Notes: generated by a model not told the origin, from the letters alone. Positions 1-8,936 are shown, counted from the stretch's first letter. The stretch is 64,000 nucleotides of DNA from Acidimicrobiales bacterium (GCA_036270875.1 DATBBR010000046.1:9925-73924); one strand, 5' to 3'. Numbers and translations are program-made.

Positions 1-2768
1 CCTACGACCACCGCATCATCCAGGGGGCCGAGTCGGGGACGTACCTGTCGAGGATCCACCAGCTGCTCCTCGGCGAGGACGGCTTCTACCATGACGTGTT
101 CCGGTCGATGGGCGTGCCCTACGAGCCCGTCGAGTGGCGGCCCGACGTCAACCCTGTCGATCAGGAGCGCGGCCATCTCGTCAAGCAGATGCACGTGCAG
201 ACCCTTATCAACATGTACCGGGTCAGGGGCCACTTGATCGCCGACCTCGATCCGCTGGAGGCCCGTCCGCCGAGGATGCACGCGGAGCTCGATCCCGCGA
301 CCTACGGCCTGACCCTGTGGGACCTCGACCGCGAGTTCCTCACCGACGGTCTGGCCGGGCGGGACATGCTCACGCTGGGCGAGACCCTCGGCATTCTGCG
401 CGACGCCTACTGCCGGACCGCCGGCGTCGAGTACATGCACATCCAGGAGCCCGACCAGAAGCGTTGGATCCAGGACCACGTCGAGGGCGTCCCGACCAGG
501 CTCAGCCAGGACGAGCAGCGTCACCTCCTCGGCCGGCTGAACGCCGCCGAGGCGTTCGAGCGCTTCCTGCACAGCAAGTACATCGGCCAGAAGCGGTTCG
601 GTCTCGAAGGAGCCGAGTCGGCCATACCGCTGTTGGACGCGGTACTCGACGAGGCGGCCAAGGCGGGGGTGACCGAGGCCTTCATGGGCATGGCCCACCG
701 GGGCCGTCTCAACGTGCTGGCCAACATCGTGGGCAAGTCCTACGGAGAGATCTTCCGCGAGTTCGAAGGCGACATCGACCCGGAGTCGGTGCAGGGATCC
801 GGCGACGTCAAGTACCACAGGGGCGCCTCCGGAAAGTTCGTCGGTCTCTCGGGCGCCGAGCTGCCCGTCACCCTGGCGTCGAATCCCTCCCACCTCGAGG
901 CCGTGGACCCGGTCGTCGAAGGGATGGCGCGGGCCCGCCAGGACCTGTCGGACGAGCCGGCCACGTTTCCCGTGCTGTCGCTCCTGGTCCACGGGGACGC
1001 CGCCTTCGCCGGACAGGGCGTGGTGGCCGAGACCCTCAACCTGTCCAATCTGCGCGGCTACCGGACCGGCGGGACCGTCCACCTGGTGATCAACAACCAG
1101 CTGGGCTTCACGACCGCACCCGAGGCCGGGCGCTCGAGCCTCTACGCCACCGACGTGGCCAAGATGGTCCAGGCGCCGATCTTCCACGTGAACGGCGACG
1201 ACCCCGAGGCCTGCGTGCGGGTGGGGAGGCTGGCCTTCGCGTTCCGCCAGGAGTTCCGCAAGGACGTCGTCATCGACATGGTTTGCTACCGGCGGTTCGG
1301 CCACAACGAAGGAGACGAGCCGAGCTACACCCAGCCCCAGATGTACGAGCGGATCGAGAGCAAGCGGTCCGTGCGCAAGCTCTACACCGAGGCCCTGGTG
1401 AAGCGGGGAGACATCACCCTGGAGGACGCCGAGCGCGCCCTGGACGACTTCTCGGCCCGCCTCGAGGCCGCTCTCGACCAGACGCGCTCGTCAGCCCCAC
1501 CGCGGCCCACCACGCTGCCCGAGGTGAAGGCGCCCCCGGCCCCGGTGGCGCCGATCGGTACGGCCGTGGAGCGGGCCGTGCTCGATCGCATCGCCGACCG
1601 GTTGCACCACCCGCCCGAGGGCCTCAGCGTCCATCCCAAGCTCGCCCGCCAGTTGGAGTCCAGGGCGAGCGTCTACGCCGGGGGAGAGGTGGACTGGTCG
1701 CTGGCCGAGGCCCTGGCCTTCGGGTCGATGCTGTTGGAGGGCACCGACGTCCGCCTCACCGGTCAGGACACCCGGCGGGGGACCTTCAGCCAGCGCCACG
1801 CCGTGCTCGTCGATTACCACAGCGGCACCGAGTACCTGCCGCTCGTCGCCCTGGCCGCCGAGGGTGGAAACGGTAGCCGGGGCCGCTTCTTCGTCTACGA
1901 CTCATCGCTGTCGGAGTACGCCGCCCTCGGCTTCGAGTACGGCTACTCGGTGGTCCACGGCGACGCCCTGGTCGCCTGGGAAGCACAGTTCGGCGACTTC
2001 ATCAACGAAGCCCAGGTCGTGGTGGACGAGTTCATCATGGCGGCCCAGGACAAGTGGGGCCAGAGCTCGTCGCTGGTGCTGCTGCTTCCACACGGCTACG
2101 AGGGACAGGGTCCCGATCACTCCTCGGCGCGGATGGAGCGCTTCCTGACTTTGGCGGCCGAGGACAACTCCTGTCTCGTGAACCTCACGACCGCAGGCCA
2201 GTACTTCCACCTGCTGCGGTCCCAGGTGCACCGCGAGATGCGCCGGCCGCTGGTGATCTTCACGCCCAAGTCGTTGCTGCGGTCGAAGGCGGCCCGCACG
2301 GCGATCGAGGACCTGACCGACGGACACTTCCGGGCCGTGCTCGACGACCCCGCGACCGGAGAGGCCGGCGCCCGCGTGGATCCCGGCACGGTCGAGCGGG
2401 TCGTGCTCTGCACCGGCAAGGTCGCCTACGACGCCATGGCCGCCCGAGACGCCCGGCTCGAGCAGGGCGAGGCGCCGGTCAGCGCGGTGGTCCGGGTGGA
2501 GCAGCTGTACCCGTGGCCCGAGGACGGTATCGCCACGTTGCTGGCCCGCTACGAGAAAGCCAGCGAGGTGGTGTGGCTCCAGGAGGAGCCGGAGAACATG
2601 GGCGCCTGGGCCTTCGTGCACGGACGGCTCCACCGCCTGCTTCGCAACGACTTCACGCTCCGCCACGTGAGCCGGATCGAGGCGGGGAGCCCGGCCACCG
2701 GCAGCACGGCCATGCACCAGCTGGAGGCGAAGGACCTGCTGGCCCGCGCCCTGCAGCCGTTCGACTGA
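1..2768 (+). CDS. kgd: 2-oxoglutarate dehydrogenase/decarboxylase E1, Kgd-type with fused E2-like acyltransferase segment (5' end cut by window edge)
   Basis: Frame is open from nt 3. YDHRIIQGAESGTYLSRIHQLLLGEDGFY is the E2 catalytic DHRxxxGA-type motif. It continues into E1 motifs INMYRVRGHLIADLDPL, HGDAAFAGQGVV and GHNEGDEPSYTQP. Stop TGA 2766-2768. Confidence 0.95.
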   Translation, partial: YDHRIIQGAESGTYLSRIHQLLLGEDGFYHDVFRSMGVPYEPVEWRPDVNPVDQERGHLVKQMHVQTLINMYRVRGHLIADLDPLEARPPRMHAELDPATYGLTLWDLDREFLTDGLAGRDMLTLGETLGILRDAYCRTAGVEYMHIQEPDQKRWIQDHVEGVPTRLSQDEQRHLLGRLNAAEAFERFLHSKYIGQKRFGLEGAESAIPLLDAVLDEAAKAGVTEAFMGMAHRGRLNVLANIVGKSYGEIFREFEGDIDPESVQGSGDVKYHRGASGKFVGLSGAELPVTLASNPSHLEAVDPVVEGMARARQDLSDEPATFPVLSLLVHGDAAFAGQGVVAETLNLSNLRGYRTGGTVHLVINNQLGFTTAPEAGRSSLYATDVAKMVQAPIFHVNGDDPEACVRVGRLAFAFRQEFRKDVVIDMVCYRRFGHNEGDEPSYTQPQMYERIESKRSVRKLYTEALVKRGDITLEDAERALDDFSARLEAALDQTRSSAPPRPTTLPEVKAPPAPVAPIGTAVERAVLDRIADRLHHPPEGLSVHPKLARQLESRASVYAGGEVDWSLAEALAFGSMLLEGTDVRLTGQDTRRGTFSQRHAVLVDYHSGTEYLPLVALAAEGGNGSRGRFFVYDSSLSEYAALGFEYGYSVVHGDALVAWEAQFGDFINEAQVVVDEFIMAAQDKWGQSSSLVLLLPHGYEGQGPDHSSARMERFLTLAAEDNSCLVNLTTAGQYFHLLRSQVHREMRRPLVIFTPKSLLRSKAARTAIEDLTDGHFRAVLDDPATGEAGARVDPGTVERVVLCTGKVAYDAMAARDARLEQGEAPVSAVVRVEQLYPWPEDGIATLLARYEKASEVVWLQEEPENMGAWAFVHGRLHRLLRNDFTLRHVSRIEAGSPATGSTAMHQLEAKDLLARALQPFD

Positions 2769-2772
2769 GCGG

Positions 2773-3393
2773 TTACCCGAGCGCGAACCCCACGACCGTT
2801 TCGAGCTCGGCGATGGCGCGAGCGGGGTCGTCCACCTTGATCGTCGTCATGCCGAGGGCCCGGGCCGACTTCAGGTTGACACCGAGATCATCGAGGAACA
2901 CGGACTCACTGGGCGCCACGCCGAGCTCGGCGCAGGCCAGCTCGTAGAAGCGAGGGTCGGGCTTGCGAACACCGATCCGACTCGACTCGACGATCACGTC
3001 GAACAGCTCGCGGATCTCGGTCATCGCCGGATCGCCGTCCGGAAGGGTGAAGTTGTTCGTGAGCGCCGCGGTCCGCAGCCGTTCCTGGCAGCGGCGCACG
3101 GCGGTCACCATCGCCGGGCGGATCTCACCGGCCAGGAGTCGCATCACGGCGGCGGCGTCGAGCTGGTGACCAGCGCTGCGGGCCTCGGCCTCGAAGAGCC
3201 GGCAGAACTCCTCGAAGCTCACGGCGTTGCGCTCGAGGCGGGCCCAGGCGTTGTCGTCGGAGTTGGTCGCGTTCAGCGAGCGGATGAAGCCGTCCGGCAG
3301 CCCGTGGGCCCGCTCGTAGTCGGTGAAGGCCTCGAACGGGCTGGTCAGGATCACCCCGCCGAGGTCGAACAGGACGGCCTTCAGCTCGGTCAT
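2773..3393 (-). CDS. HAD-superfamily hydrolase (IA-like phosphatase)
   Basis: Start taken at internal ATG 3393 (MTELKAVLFDLGGVIL, HAD motif I). Later motifs are SSRIGVRKPDPRFY and FLDDLGVNL. The 119 upstream codons of the 325-aa ORF are Arg/Pro-rich and non-homologous. Confidence 0.85.
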   Translation of the reverse strand: MTELKAVLFDLGGVILTSPFEAFTDYERAHGLPDGFIRSLNATNSDDNAWARLERNAVSFEEFCRLFEAEARSAGHQLDAAAVMRLLAGEIRPAMVTAVRRCQERLRTAALTNNFTLPDGDPAMTEIRELFDVIVESSRIGVRKPDPRFYELACAELGVAPSESVFLDDLGVNLKSARALGMTTIKVDDPARAIAELETVVGFALG

Positions 3394-3497
3394 TCGCCCA
3401 ATCGTAGGGAGGCGGCCAGGCCCGGAAGGGCCCCTGGCCCCGCTCGCTCCCAGCCCGATCGCCCACAGGGTCGCCGCCGGATGGTTGACTACAGGAA

Positions 3498-5078
3498 ATG
3501 GCATATCGGCGCGTCGTTGTGGACGGGTCCAACATCGCCACCGAGGGTCGCTCCGTTCCGAGCCTGGCCCAGCTTGACGAGGCGGTCCGGGAGTTTCAGC
3601 GCGAGTTCCCGGACGCCGAGGTGACCGTGGTGGTCGACGCCTCGTTCGGGCACCGGATCGACGAGTCGGAGCGCCCGGCGTTCGACGAGGCCGAGGCGCA
3701 CGGCGAGATCGTGTCTCCTCCCGCTGGCGCCATCGGCAGGGGCGACGCATTCCTCCTCCGCATCGCCGAGAAGACCGGCGCGACCGTGCTGTCCAATGAC
3801 TCGTTCCAGGAGTTCCACGGCGAGCACGACTGGCTGTTCTCCCAGTCGCGCCTGGTCGGAGGCAAGCCGGTGCCCAGCGTGGGCTGGATCTTCACCGCTC
3901 GCACACCGGTCAGGGGTCCGCGCAGTCGAGTGGCGACACAGGACGCCAAGCGCACCCGGGTGCGGGTCGGCTCCAAGGAGGCGTCGAAGCCGATGCCGGT
4001 GCCCGCAGTGCCGCCGCCCGGCAGAGGCCGGCGGGACGGAGGGCCGAAGGAGCCCGAGGACGGCGCCGGGGCGGTCAGGGACGCCACGCCTCCCGCCGAC
4101 CCAAAGGTTCGCCAGGCCATCGCCGCCGCCACCGAGGAGGTCGTGTCGCCCCAGACATCCTCGGGCGGTCGTCGTCGCCGGCGAGGATCCGGGCCCCCAC
4201 CCCAGGCGGTCAACGATCCTCTGACGTTCATCAGGTTCATCGCCGAGCACCCCCTGGGCCAGCTGGTCGAGGGCGAGGTGGAGAGCTTCACGTCGCACGG
4301 CGCCTTCGTGCGGGTCCAGAATGCGCAGGCCTACGTGCCGGTCTCCGGTCTCGGCGACCCGCCTCCCCGCAGCGCCCGGCGGGCCCTGCGGCGGGGGGAG
4401 CGCCGTCCCTTCGTGCTCCAGGCCCTGGACCCGCAGCGGCGGGGGGTGGAGCTGGCGCTGCCGGAGTTCGCCCACGTGGCCGGGTCGCCCAGCGAGGAGA
4501 CGGTCGAGGCCGAGATCTCGGAGGCGACGGGCACCGACGAGGTGGTCCCCGACGCCGAGCGGGGCGCAGCGCGCAAACGGGTCCAGAAGGCGACGGCCCC
4601 AGAGAAGGCGTCCGAGAAGGCGAAGGACGGGAAGGGCAGGCGGCGAGCCGGGAAGGGCGATGGCCCGGCCCAACAGGCCAAGGCGGCGACGACCAAGAAG
4701 GCCAAGGCTGGTGCGGCCAAGAAGGCGAAGGCTGGTGCGGCCAAGAAGGCCAAGGCCGCACCGGCGAAGGCGGCGGCCAAGACGGCGGCCAAGGCCGGGA
4801 AGACCACGAAGCCATCCAAGGCGACCAAAGCCCCGGTGACCAAGTCCCCGGTCACCAAGTCCCCGGCCTCCAAGTCCCCGGTCGCCAAGACACAGGTGAC
4901 CAAGACCCGTGTGAGCAAGGCCCCCGCGACCAAGGCCAAGGCGACCAAGAAGACGGCGGAGAAGGCGACGAAGAAGGCGACGAAGGACGCGTCGGCGGGA
5001 GCGACGGCCGGAGCCGAGGCCAAGGCCCCGGTCAGGACCGCGACGGCCAGGGCGTCCGAGGGCCGGGCCAAGAAGTAG
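3498..5078 (+). CDS. NYN (Zc3h12a-like) ribonuclease domain + S1 RNA-binding domain + Lys/Ala/Pro-rich histone-H1-like C-terminal tail
   Basis: RRVVVDGSNIA, VVVDASFGH and GATVLSNDSFQEF match the Zc3h12a-type NYN signature. GQLVEGEVESFTSHGAFVRV is S1/OB-like. The last ~150 aa are AKKAKAGAAKKAKAGAAKKAKAAPAKAAAK plus PVTKS-type pentapeptide repeats. Confidence 0.8.
   Translation: MAYRRVVVDGSNIATEGRSVPSLAQLDEAVREFQREFPDAEVTVVVDASFGHRIDESERPAFDEAEAHGEIVSPPAGAIGRGDAFLLRIAEKTGATVLSNDSFQEFHGEHDWLFSQSRLVGGKPVPSVGWIFTARTPVRGPRSRVATQDAKRTRVRVGSKEASKPMPVPAVPPPGRGRRDGGPKEPEDGAGAVRDATPPADPKVRQAIAAATEEVVSPQTSSGGRRRRRGSGPPPQAVNDPLTFIRFIAEHPLGQLVEGEVESFTSHGAFVRVQNAQAYVPVSGLGDPPPRSARRALRRGERRPFVLQALDPQRRGVELALPEFAHVAGSPSEETVEAEISEATGTDEVVPDAERGAARKRVQKATAPEKASEKAKDGKGRRRAGKGDGPAQQAKAATTKKAKAGAAKKAKAGAAKKAKAAPAKAAAKTAAKAGKTTKPSKATKAPVTKSPVTKSPASKSPVAKTQVTKTRVSKAPATKAKATKKTAEKATKKATKDASAGATAGAEAKAPVRTATARASEGRAKK
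4695..4766 (+). repeat. In-frame 24-nt tandem repeat (about 3 units, KKAKAGAA) in the basic tail
   Basis: aagaaggccaaggctggtgcggcc / aagaaggcgaaggctggtgcggcc / aagaaggccaaggccgcaccggcg, read directly. Confidence 0.9.
4833..4952 (+). repeat. In-frame 15-nt tandem repeat (8 degenerating units, P-V/A-T/S-K-S/T pentapeptides)
   Basis: ccggtgaccaagtcc, ccggtcaccaagtcc, ccggcctccaagtcc, ccggtcgccaagaca, caggtgaccaagacc, cgtgtgagcaaggcc, cccgcgaccaaggcc, aaggcgaccaagaag. Confidence 0.9.
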
Positions 5079-5125
5079 CGGAGGCCGGAGATCTTCGGCT
5101 CAACACGCCGTGCCGATGCGACAAG

Positions 5126-5932
5126 ATGGCACCGATGCGGATAGCCACCTGGAACGTCAACTCGCTGAATGCCCGGCTGCCCAGGGTCGAGGAGTGGATC
5201 GCGTACGCCCAGCCGGACGTGCTGTGCATGCAGGAGACCAAGGTGGCGGACGCCACCTTCCCGGCGATGGCATTCGCCACCCTCGGGTACGAGGCGGTCC
5301 ACAACGGCACCGGCCGATGGAACGGGGTGGCCATCGCCAGCCGGGTCGGCATCAAAGATGTGTCGGCCGGCTTCTCCGACGAGGGCGGGAGCAAGGCTGC
5401 CGAGGGGCGCTTCGTCAGCGCCATCTGCGGCGACGTGAGGGTGTCGAGCGTCTATGTCCCGAACGGGCGGAGCGTCGGGAGTGAGCACTACCAGGCCAAG
5501 CTGGACTGGCTGGCCGAGCTGCGTGCCTATCTGATGCGGACCTGCGATCCGATGGCACCGATGGCCGTCTGCGGCGACTTCAACGTCGCTCCCGAGGACC
5601 GCGATGTCTGGGACCCGTCGCGCTTCGAAGGCGCCACCCACGTCAGCGCGCCCGAACGAACGGCGCTCGCTCAGCTGGAGGAATGGGGCCTGGTTGACGC
5701 CTTTCGTCAGCGATATGACGAACCTGGCCTGTTCTCGTGGTGGGACTACCGGGCGGGTGACTTCCATCAGCATCGTGGGATGCGCATCGACCTGATCCTT
5801 GTCACCAGACCGCTGGTCGGGCGGGTCGGATTCGCCCTGATCGACCGCTTCGCCCGCAAGGGCAAGCTGCCGTCCGACCACGCGCCCGTCCTCGTCGACT
5901 TCGACCTCGAGGGAGCAGCGCTCACTCCCTGA
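5126..5932 (+). CDS. xthA: Exodeoxyribonuclease III (AP endonuclease)
   Basis: MRIATWNVNSLNARL, DVLCMQETK, WDYR, SDHAPV. The start could be ATG 5126 or ATG 5135. Confidence 0.93.
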   Translation: MAPMRIATWNVNSLNARLPRVEEWIAYAQPDVLCMQETKVADATFPAMAFATLGYEAVHNGTGRWNGVAIASRVGIKDVSAGFSDEGGSKAAEGRFVSAICGDVRVSSVYVPNGRSVGSEHYQAKLDWLAELRAYLMRTCDPMAPMAVCGDFNVAPEDRDVWDPSRFEGATHVSAPERTALAQLEEWGLVDAFRQRYDEPGLFSWWDYRAGDFHQHRGMRIDLILVTRPLVGRVGFALIDRFARKGKLPSDHAPVLVDFDLEGAALTP

Positions 5933-5983
5933 GCTTCGAACGCGACGGAGATCGAGTCGGCACCGCCTCCGACCAGCCCGACG

Positions 5984-6280
5984 TCAGATCAGCTGGGTGC
6001 GGAGCTTCGTCAGTCCCGATCCGAGGCTGGCCCGCAGATCGGCGCGGGACAACCCAGTGTCAGCGTGAAGCTGCTTCATTGACCTGATCTCGTCACCGCC
6101 GACCCCGAAGCGGGCACCGATCAGGAGCCGCTCGAGTGGTTCGAGCTCGTCGAGGACCCGGTCAGGGAGAGAACGCACGGAGACGAGGTCCTCATCGATG
6201 ACGGCGGTGGGATCCACGAGCCCGCCGTCGTCGTCCGGGTAGGGCCATCCGTCCTCGCTCGGCCACATGAACGAACCCAT
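5984..6280 (-). CDS. Small acidic protein with sigma-70 region-4-like HTH, downstream of the helicase gene
   Basis: ATG 6280 is preceded by a GAAAGGGG Shine-Dalgarno. The C-terminal half (LEPLERLLIGARFGVGGDEIRSMKQLHADTGLSRADLRASLGSGLTKLR) resembles a region-4 HTH. It lies on the same strand, 57 nt downstream of the helicase stop. Confidence 0.55.
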   Translation of the reverse strand: MGSFMWPSEDGWPYPDDDGGLVDPTAVIDEDLVSVRSLPDRVLDELEPLERLLIGARFGVGGDEIRSMKQLHADTGLSRADLRASLGSGLTKLRTQLI

Positions 6281-6337
6281 GCCCCTTTCTCGCGCCGTTG
6301 GCACCTGCCGTCAACCCTGCGGGCGCGGGGCACGGCC

Positions 6338-8443
6338 TTACGCCGACCGCCGATGTTGGGACACCAGGTCGAGCAGTGCCTCGCCGTACCGGGCCGCCTT
6401 CACGGGTCCCAAGCCGGGCAGGGCGAGGAGCTCGTTGTGCGACGCCGGTAGGGCGCTGGCGACGGCGGCCAGCGTCGTGTCATGGCAGATCACGTAGGCG
6501 GGTACTCCCGAGAGCCGGGCGGCGGAAGACCGCCAGGCACGGAGAGCGGCGATCATGGCGGGATCGGCGGCCTCCACCATGGCGGCGCCCGGGGTTCGAG
6601 GTCGGGTGCGTCGTCCGCCGGCCGCCTGCTGGCGGCTGAGCCGGGAGCGCTCGGCCTGGATGAGCCGGAGCGGATCCATCCCCTCCGGGGCCTGGGCGAG
6701 CGCCCGGCGGGCCAGGTCGACCGCCTCGAGGTACGGGGAGCGGGTCCTCGCCGCGGTGCGTGTCCCGAACGTTCGCCGCTCGGCCCACGAGCAGTGCAGC
6801 TCCCGCTCGGCCCGGGTCAGGGCCACGTACAGGAGGCGGCGTTCCTCCGCCTCGGCCGCCGGTGTGGCGGCGTGCCCGATGGGCACCAGGCCGCGCTCCA
6901 GCCCGGCGAGGAACACCACGGGCCACTCCAGTCCCTTGGCCCGATGGAACGTGGTCAGCTCGACGGCGTCGGCCCCGGCGTCGGCTCCTTCGCTGCGCAC
7001 GGTCGCTGCCAACCAGGCCGAGAACCCCTCGGCCGATGCCGCCTGGTCCACCGCCTCATACTCGTGGCCCAGTCGGACCAGGCCCTCCAGGTGCGACCGA
7101 CGATCCGCGACCTCGTGGCCGCCTCCGGGGCCGGCTGCCGCCTCTTCGCCCACGGCACGGTCGAGGTCGGCGACCCGACCCTCGAGGTCAGCCAGGCGGG
7201 CGGCGAACGGCATCCCGGCCGGCGCCCTTCGCAGCTCGCCCAGGGCGTCTTTGACCTCGGACCGATCCAGGAACGCTTCGCCGCCGGACACCCGGTAGGG
7301 GACGCGGGCCGAGCGGAGGGCCTCTTCGAGCAGCACCAGCTGGGCATTGGTCCGGGTCAGGACGGCCAGGTGGGCCCAGGGCATGCCCGGTCGGCGGGCC
7401 TTGCGCAGCCTGCTGGCGATCATGCGGGCCTCGGACACATCGGTGTCGGAGGCCGTGACCGTCGGCACCGGCCCGTCGGCCTGGGTCGCCCGGAGCATGT
7501 CCGTGGGTGCGGTCCGGCCCTGGGCCAGCACCGCCGCCGCCACCGTCAGGACCTGGGGGGACGATCGGTAGTTGTGGTCGAGGCGCACGACACCGGCGGT
7601 CGGGTAGCGGTGGGAGAAGCGGCCCAGCAGCGACGGGTCGGCCCCGTTCCACGAATAGATGGCCTGGTTGGGGTCGCCGACCACGCACAGGTCGAGACGG
7701 TCGCCCATCCAGCCCTGTAGAAGCCGGAACTGGGCCGGGTTGACGTCCTGGAACTCATCGACGAACAGATGGCGGAAGCGCCACCGCTGGGCGGCGGCGA
7801 AGCCCGGGTCCTGCTCGAGGTCGTTGATGCACGCCACCAGCAGGTCATCGAAGTCGACCAGCCCCTGGCGGACCTTCTCCTGCTCGTAGCTGCTGTAGAT
7901 GGCGGCCATCTCGTGCGCTGGCACCGGTGGCCGCCGGCCCGCGGCCACGAGTGCCTCCGGGTAGCCGTCGGGGGGGACCATCCTGGCCTTGGCCCACTCG
8001 ATCTCCGCGGCCAGGTCGGCCAGGGACGAGCCAGCCTTGGCCGGGCCGGCGGCGCTCCGCCCACCGTCGCGGCGCGCCGCCAGGCGGGCGAGCAACCGCA
8101 CCTTGCGATCGAGCAGGGCCGGCGGGCGCGTGCCCAGGTCGGCCCACCGTTGGCGCAGCTGGCCGTAGGCGATGCCGTGGAAGGTCCCGGCCGTCACCTG
8201 CTGGCGTACCCCGAGGGCCCGGAGGCGGGACCGCAGCTCGCCGGCCGCTTTGCGGGTGAAGGTCAAGGCGAGGACGTGGCGGGCATCGGCGGTGTCCTGC
8301 TCGATCCGCCAGGCGACGCGCCGGGTGAGGACGCGAGTCTTTCCCGACCCCGCTCCGGCCAGCACGCAGAGGGGGGCAGCATCGGACGTCACCGCGCGGC
8401 GCTGCCCGTCGTTGAGGTCTTGCAACAGCGCGGTGTCACCCAT
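6338..8443 (-). CDS. UvrD/PcrA-family ATP-dependent DNA helicase with C-terminal HRDC domain (UvrD2-like)
   Basis: AGAGSGKTRVLTRR (Walker A), DEFQDVNP, NYRSS. The C-terminal HRDC-like segment is LRAWRSSAARLSGVPAYVICHDTTLAAVA...LPGLGPVKAARYG. Start is ATG 8443 with a GGGAGG SD; the upstream 62 codons are junk. Confidence 0.9.
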   Translation of the reverse strand: MGDTALLQDLNDGQRRAVTSDAAPLCVLAGAGSGKTRVLTRRVAWRIEQDTADARHVLALTFTRKAAGELRSRLRALGVRQQVTAGTFHGIAYGQLRQRWADLGTRPPALLDRKVRLLARLAARRDGGRSAAGPAKAGSSLADLAAEIEWAKARMVPPDGYPEALVAAGRRPPVPAHEMAAIYSSYEQEKVRQGLVDFDDLLVACINDLEQDPGFAAAQRWRFRHLFVDEFQDVNPAQFRLLQGWMGDRLDLCVVGDPNQAIYSWNGADPSLLGRFSHRYPTAGVVRLDHNYRSSPQVLTVAAAVLAQGRTAPTDMLRATQADGPVPTVTASDTDVSEARMIASRLRKARRPGMPWAHLAVLTRTNAQLVLLEEALRSARVPYRVSGGEAFLDRSEVKDALGELRRAPAGMPFAARLADLEGRVADLDRAVGEEAAAGPGGGHEVADRRSHLEGLVRLGHEYEAVDQAASAEGFSAWLAATVRSEGADAGADAVELTTFHRAKGLEWPVVFLAGLERGLVPIGHAATPAAEAEERRLLYVALTRAERELHCSWAERRTFGTRTAARTRSPYLEAVDLARRALAQAPEGMDPLRLIQAERSRLSRQQAAGGRRTRPRTPGAAMVEAADPAMIAALRAWRSSAARLSGVPAYVICHDTTLAAVASALPASHNELLALPGLGPVKAARYGEALLDLVSQHRRSA

Positions 8444-8512
8444 GCCTCCCGACCGTATCGACGGGGTGTGACAACGCGGTGGATGCTCGCCGACGGACGG
8501 AGCCCGGAACGA

Positions 8513-8567
8513 GATCGGCCCCAAGTAGCCGTGGGGCCTTCGCCCCCCGGACTCCTCGGGGCCGATC
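8513..8567. other. Nested inverted repeat: 10-bp perfect outer stem enclosing an inner GGGGC/GCCCC hairpin
   Basis: gatcggcccc (8513-8522) pairs with ggggccgatc (8558-8567). The inner hairpin is ggggccttcgcccc. Confidence 0.7.
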
Positions 8568-8621
8568 CTCAGGCCACGCCCCTGAACCGTCGGTCGCCTG
8601 CCAGCGACTGTCCGGCCCCGG

Positions 8622-8643
8622 CCGAGCACCTGTCGGTGCTCGG
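8622..8643. other. Perfect 9-bp stem / 4-nt loop hairpin, with no U-tract on either strand
   Basis: ccgagcacc-tgtc-ggtgctcgg, read directly. Function unknown. Confidence 0.7.
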
Positions 8644-8936
8644 ACCAAGCGACAACCCTGACGCAACCTTCGTCGGCTCACCAACCACATCGGGCGGGGA
8701 CCTGTGGCCCATCCTGACCCCGGCGGCCGGCTCCACCTGCTCCGGTTGCGCTGGCCGCATTCTGCACCCGCGTGCCGGGCGCGTCAAGGGCCCGACGGTA
8801 TGGAAGGGCCGGTCGGGCGAGAGCGGATATCGTCGTGGTGCAGGTTGGCCGCGGGCGCAAGCCGACCGCCCGCCGACCGCCCGCTCACGTCGATGTCTGT
8901 TGCGCAACCCGCCCACTCGCTCGTCCCCGCCTGGCC

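Noticed and set aside
134-1876. 580-aa alternate-frame ORF inside kgd
   Set aside because: The product is Arg/Pro/Gly-rich. The Kgd frame is strongly supported throughout.
4331-5881. 516-aa minus-strand ORF antisense to the NYN tail and xthA
   Set aside because: It is a mirror image of the Lys/Ala repeat (reading as Ala/Phe/Leu repeats) and of xthA, with no independent evidence.
8460-8570. Possible c-di-AMP (ydaO-type) riboswitch, suggested by ACGGGGTG and GGAGCCCGGAAC strings upstream of cell-wall genes
   Set aside because: I cannot reconstruct the full pseudo-symmetric consensus from the sequence. The element would sit more than 350 nt from the operon start. A cmscan is needed, so it is reported only as a structured spacer.
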